The translations under genes and the position numbers were made by a program. Below the pieces are notes generated by a model that worked only from the letters and a program-made list of their open reading frames with translations, made no database searches and had not been told where the DNA came from. A DNA stretch of 64,000 bases from Malacoraja senta (taxonomy: Eukaryota). Shown here piece after piece: positions 62,130-64,000 of the stretch. Positions within the stretch are counted from its first letter, which is position 1, and the number at the start of each line of letters is the position of its first letter. Location: positions 7,628,001 through 7,692,000 of the forward strand of contig CM075997.1 of NCBI GenBank assembly GCA_038087875.1, written 5' to 3'.

Positions 62130-64000
62130 TTTAGAGACTTTTATTCCCAGCTTTATACTTCAGAATCTCAACCGGATCAAAAGGTAATGCAGGACTTTCT
62201 GAGCAGTCTAAATATTCCGAAACTCTCATAAGGTTTTAGGGAAAGATTGTATATCACAGGCAGAAATAGCTTCAGTCATTTCCTCAATGCAATCAGGCAA
62301 ATGTCCGTGCCCTGATGGCTCCCCGGCAGAGTTTAAAAAAAAATTATCTATACTCCTTTCCCCACAGTTGTGTTCCGTTCTATCTGAATCCTACAGACAA
62401 GGTTCTCTTCCTCCATCCTTTGCCGAAGCCTGTATTACTCTTATCGACAAAAAAGGTAAAGATCCAACCGAATGCGCCTCCTACAGACCTGTCTCCCTTC
62501 TAAACACGGATGCTAAAAATTTTGCTAAGGTTCTAGTTCGTAGACTAGAGAATGTCATCCCTACAGTTATATCTGAGGACCAAAACGGCTTTGTTAAGAG
62601 CAGACATTCCTTCTTTAACATACGTCGATTATTAGATAGTGTCTACTCTGCTTCTGAGGATGTCCCTGAGAGTGTCGTATCTATTGATCCAGAAAAAGCA
62701 TTTGACTGCGTTGAGTGGGTCTAACTATGGGCTGTTCTGGACAAATTTGGTTTTGGAACGAACGTTATTTCATGGATCAGGTTACTATACTCTCATCCCA
62801 CAGCCTCAGTTCCGACTAATTCCCAGTTGTCCAAGGCGTTCAACTTGCTTCGGGGAACCCGCCAGTGGTGTCATCTGAGCCCCATTCTTTTTGACTGGGC
62901 CATCGAATCACTTGCCATGGCCTTTCGCAGCTGTGAGGACATAGCCGGTATTTTGAGGGGTAGTACACAGCATAAGGTCTCACTATATGCTGACGACCTT
63001 TTGCTTTTTGTCTCAAACCCAGGCACCTCTCTGCATTCTGCTATGACACTGCTCAATAATTTTGGTCAATTTTCGGGTTATAAGATAAATCTTGGAAAAA
63101 GCGAACTGTTCCCCATTAACTATGAAGTACAGCCCTCGGATCTTACCAACCTGCCATTCAAAATTGAAAAAAACAGGCTCTCATATTTGGGCGTTTCAGT
63201 TACTAGGAAATACAAGGGTCTTTTCAAAGAGAATTTTATCATTCTGTTAAACCAGATCAAACAGACGCTAACACAGTGCTCACCCCTGTCAATGTCACTT
63301 GTCGGCCGGATAAATTCAATCAAAATTACCATTTTACCAAACATTTTGTACCTTTTTCAGGCCTTACCGGTTTTTATCCCCAGGTCCTTCTTCGACCATC
63401 TTGACTCAGTTATTTCCTCCTATATATGGAGAGGTAAGCGGCCTCGTCTTAATAAGGCCCACTTTCAAAAAACCGAGGCTGCTGGTGTCCTGGCTCTCCC
63501 AAACATTTGCTTTTATTATTGGGCTGCTAACCTGCGCTGCCTAGCATTTTGTTCTTTCTTACACAGCCAGCCCGATTGTGCTGACTGGGTAGCCATGGAA
63601 TTACACACAGATGATAATATGTCCATACCTGCACAACTTGGTTCCTCAGTTCCACTCCCCTCAATTAAATATGTATTAAAATCCAGTGGTTAAACAATCT
63701 TTGAGGATTTGGGTTCACTTCAGGAAATGCTTTGGGTTGCATAACTTCTCTCTACTGAGCCCTATAGCAGCAAAGCACCTTTTTAAACCATCAACTCAGG
63801 ACTCTGTCTTTAAAGAATGGCACAGGAAGTGTATTGTGCGCTTCAAGGACATGTTTATGGGTAACACTGTAGCATCATTTGAACAATTAAGCAATAAATT
63901 CAATCTTCCAGTCAGATTGTTTCCCGATACCTGCAAACAAGGCATTATGTGTTCTATACACTGCCCAGCTCTTCTATACCAACAGACACTACCCTTGTTG
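62130..64000 (+). mobile_element. L1/Tx1-type LINE ORF2 fragment (second family), runs off the window
   Basis: MQSGKCPCPDG, SYRPVSLLNTDAK, DPEKAFD, RGTRQWCHLSP, VSLYADD and FYYWAAN, with frameshifts. Confidence 0.92.

Overview
This is repeat-dense eukaryotic (vertebrate) DNA, not prokaryotic. The repeat set (CR1 with (TTCTATGT)n tails, HE1/V-SINE-like, Penelope-derived palindromes) and the receptor type suggest a cartilaginous fish, possibly a skate (inference). The only host gene I can support is an intact two-exon class A GPCR of the GPR139/GPR142-like type (24537..26180, 322 aa). The rest is nested transposon material: a near full-length CR1 inserted in a BEL/Pao relic, L2, Rex1/Babar, two L1/Tx1-type LINEs, a DIRS1-like tyrosine-recombinase retroelement, a Penelope GIY-YIG fragment, a young gag-less Ty3/Gypsy element, Tc1 fragments, Helitron remnants, a 1.25-kb fold-back element, a 58-bp satellite and long CT/GT microsatellites. 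There is one 200-N gap. The most unusual observations are: (1) the Gypsy element carries a 34-nt copy of its primer tRNA-Leu plus a 40-bp LTR patch in place of gag/protease; (2) Penelope-derived palindromes carry hammerhead-ribozyme-like cores; (3) the orphan GPCR has almost no N-terminus and an NTCIY motif; (4) a possible ~8-kb Helitron contains the satellite. Family assignments come from recognised motifs, not database searches, and boundaries of decayed repeats are approximate.
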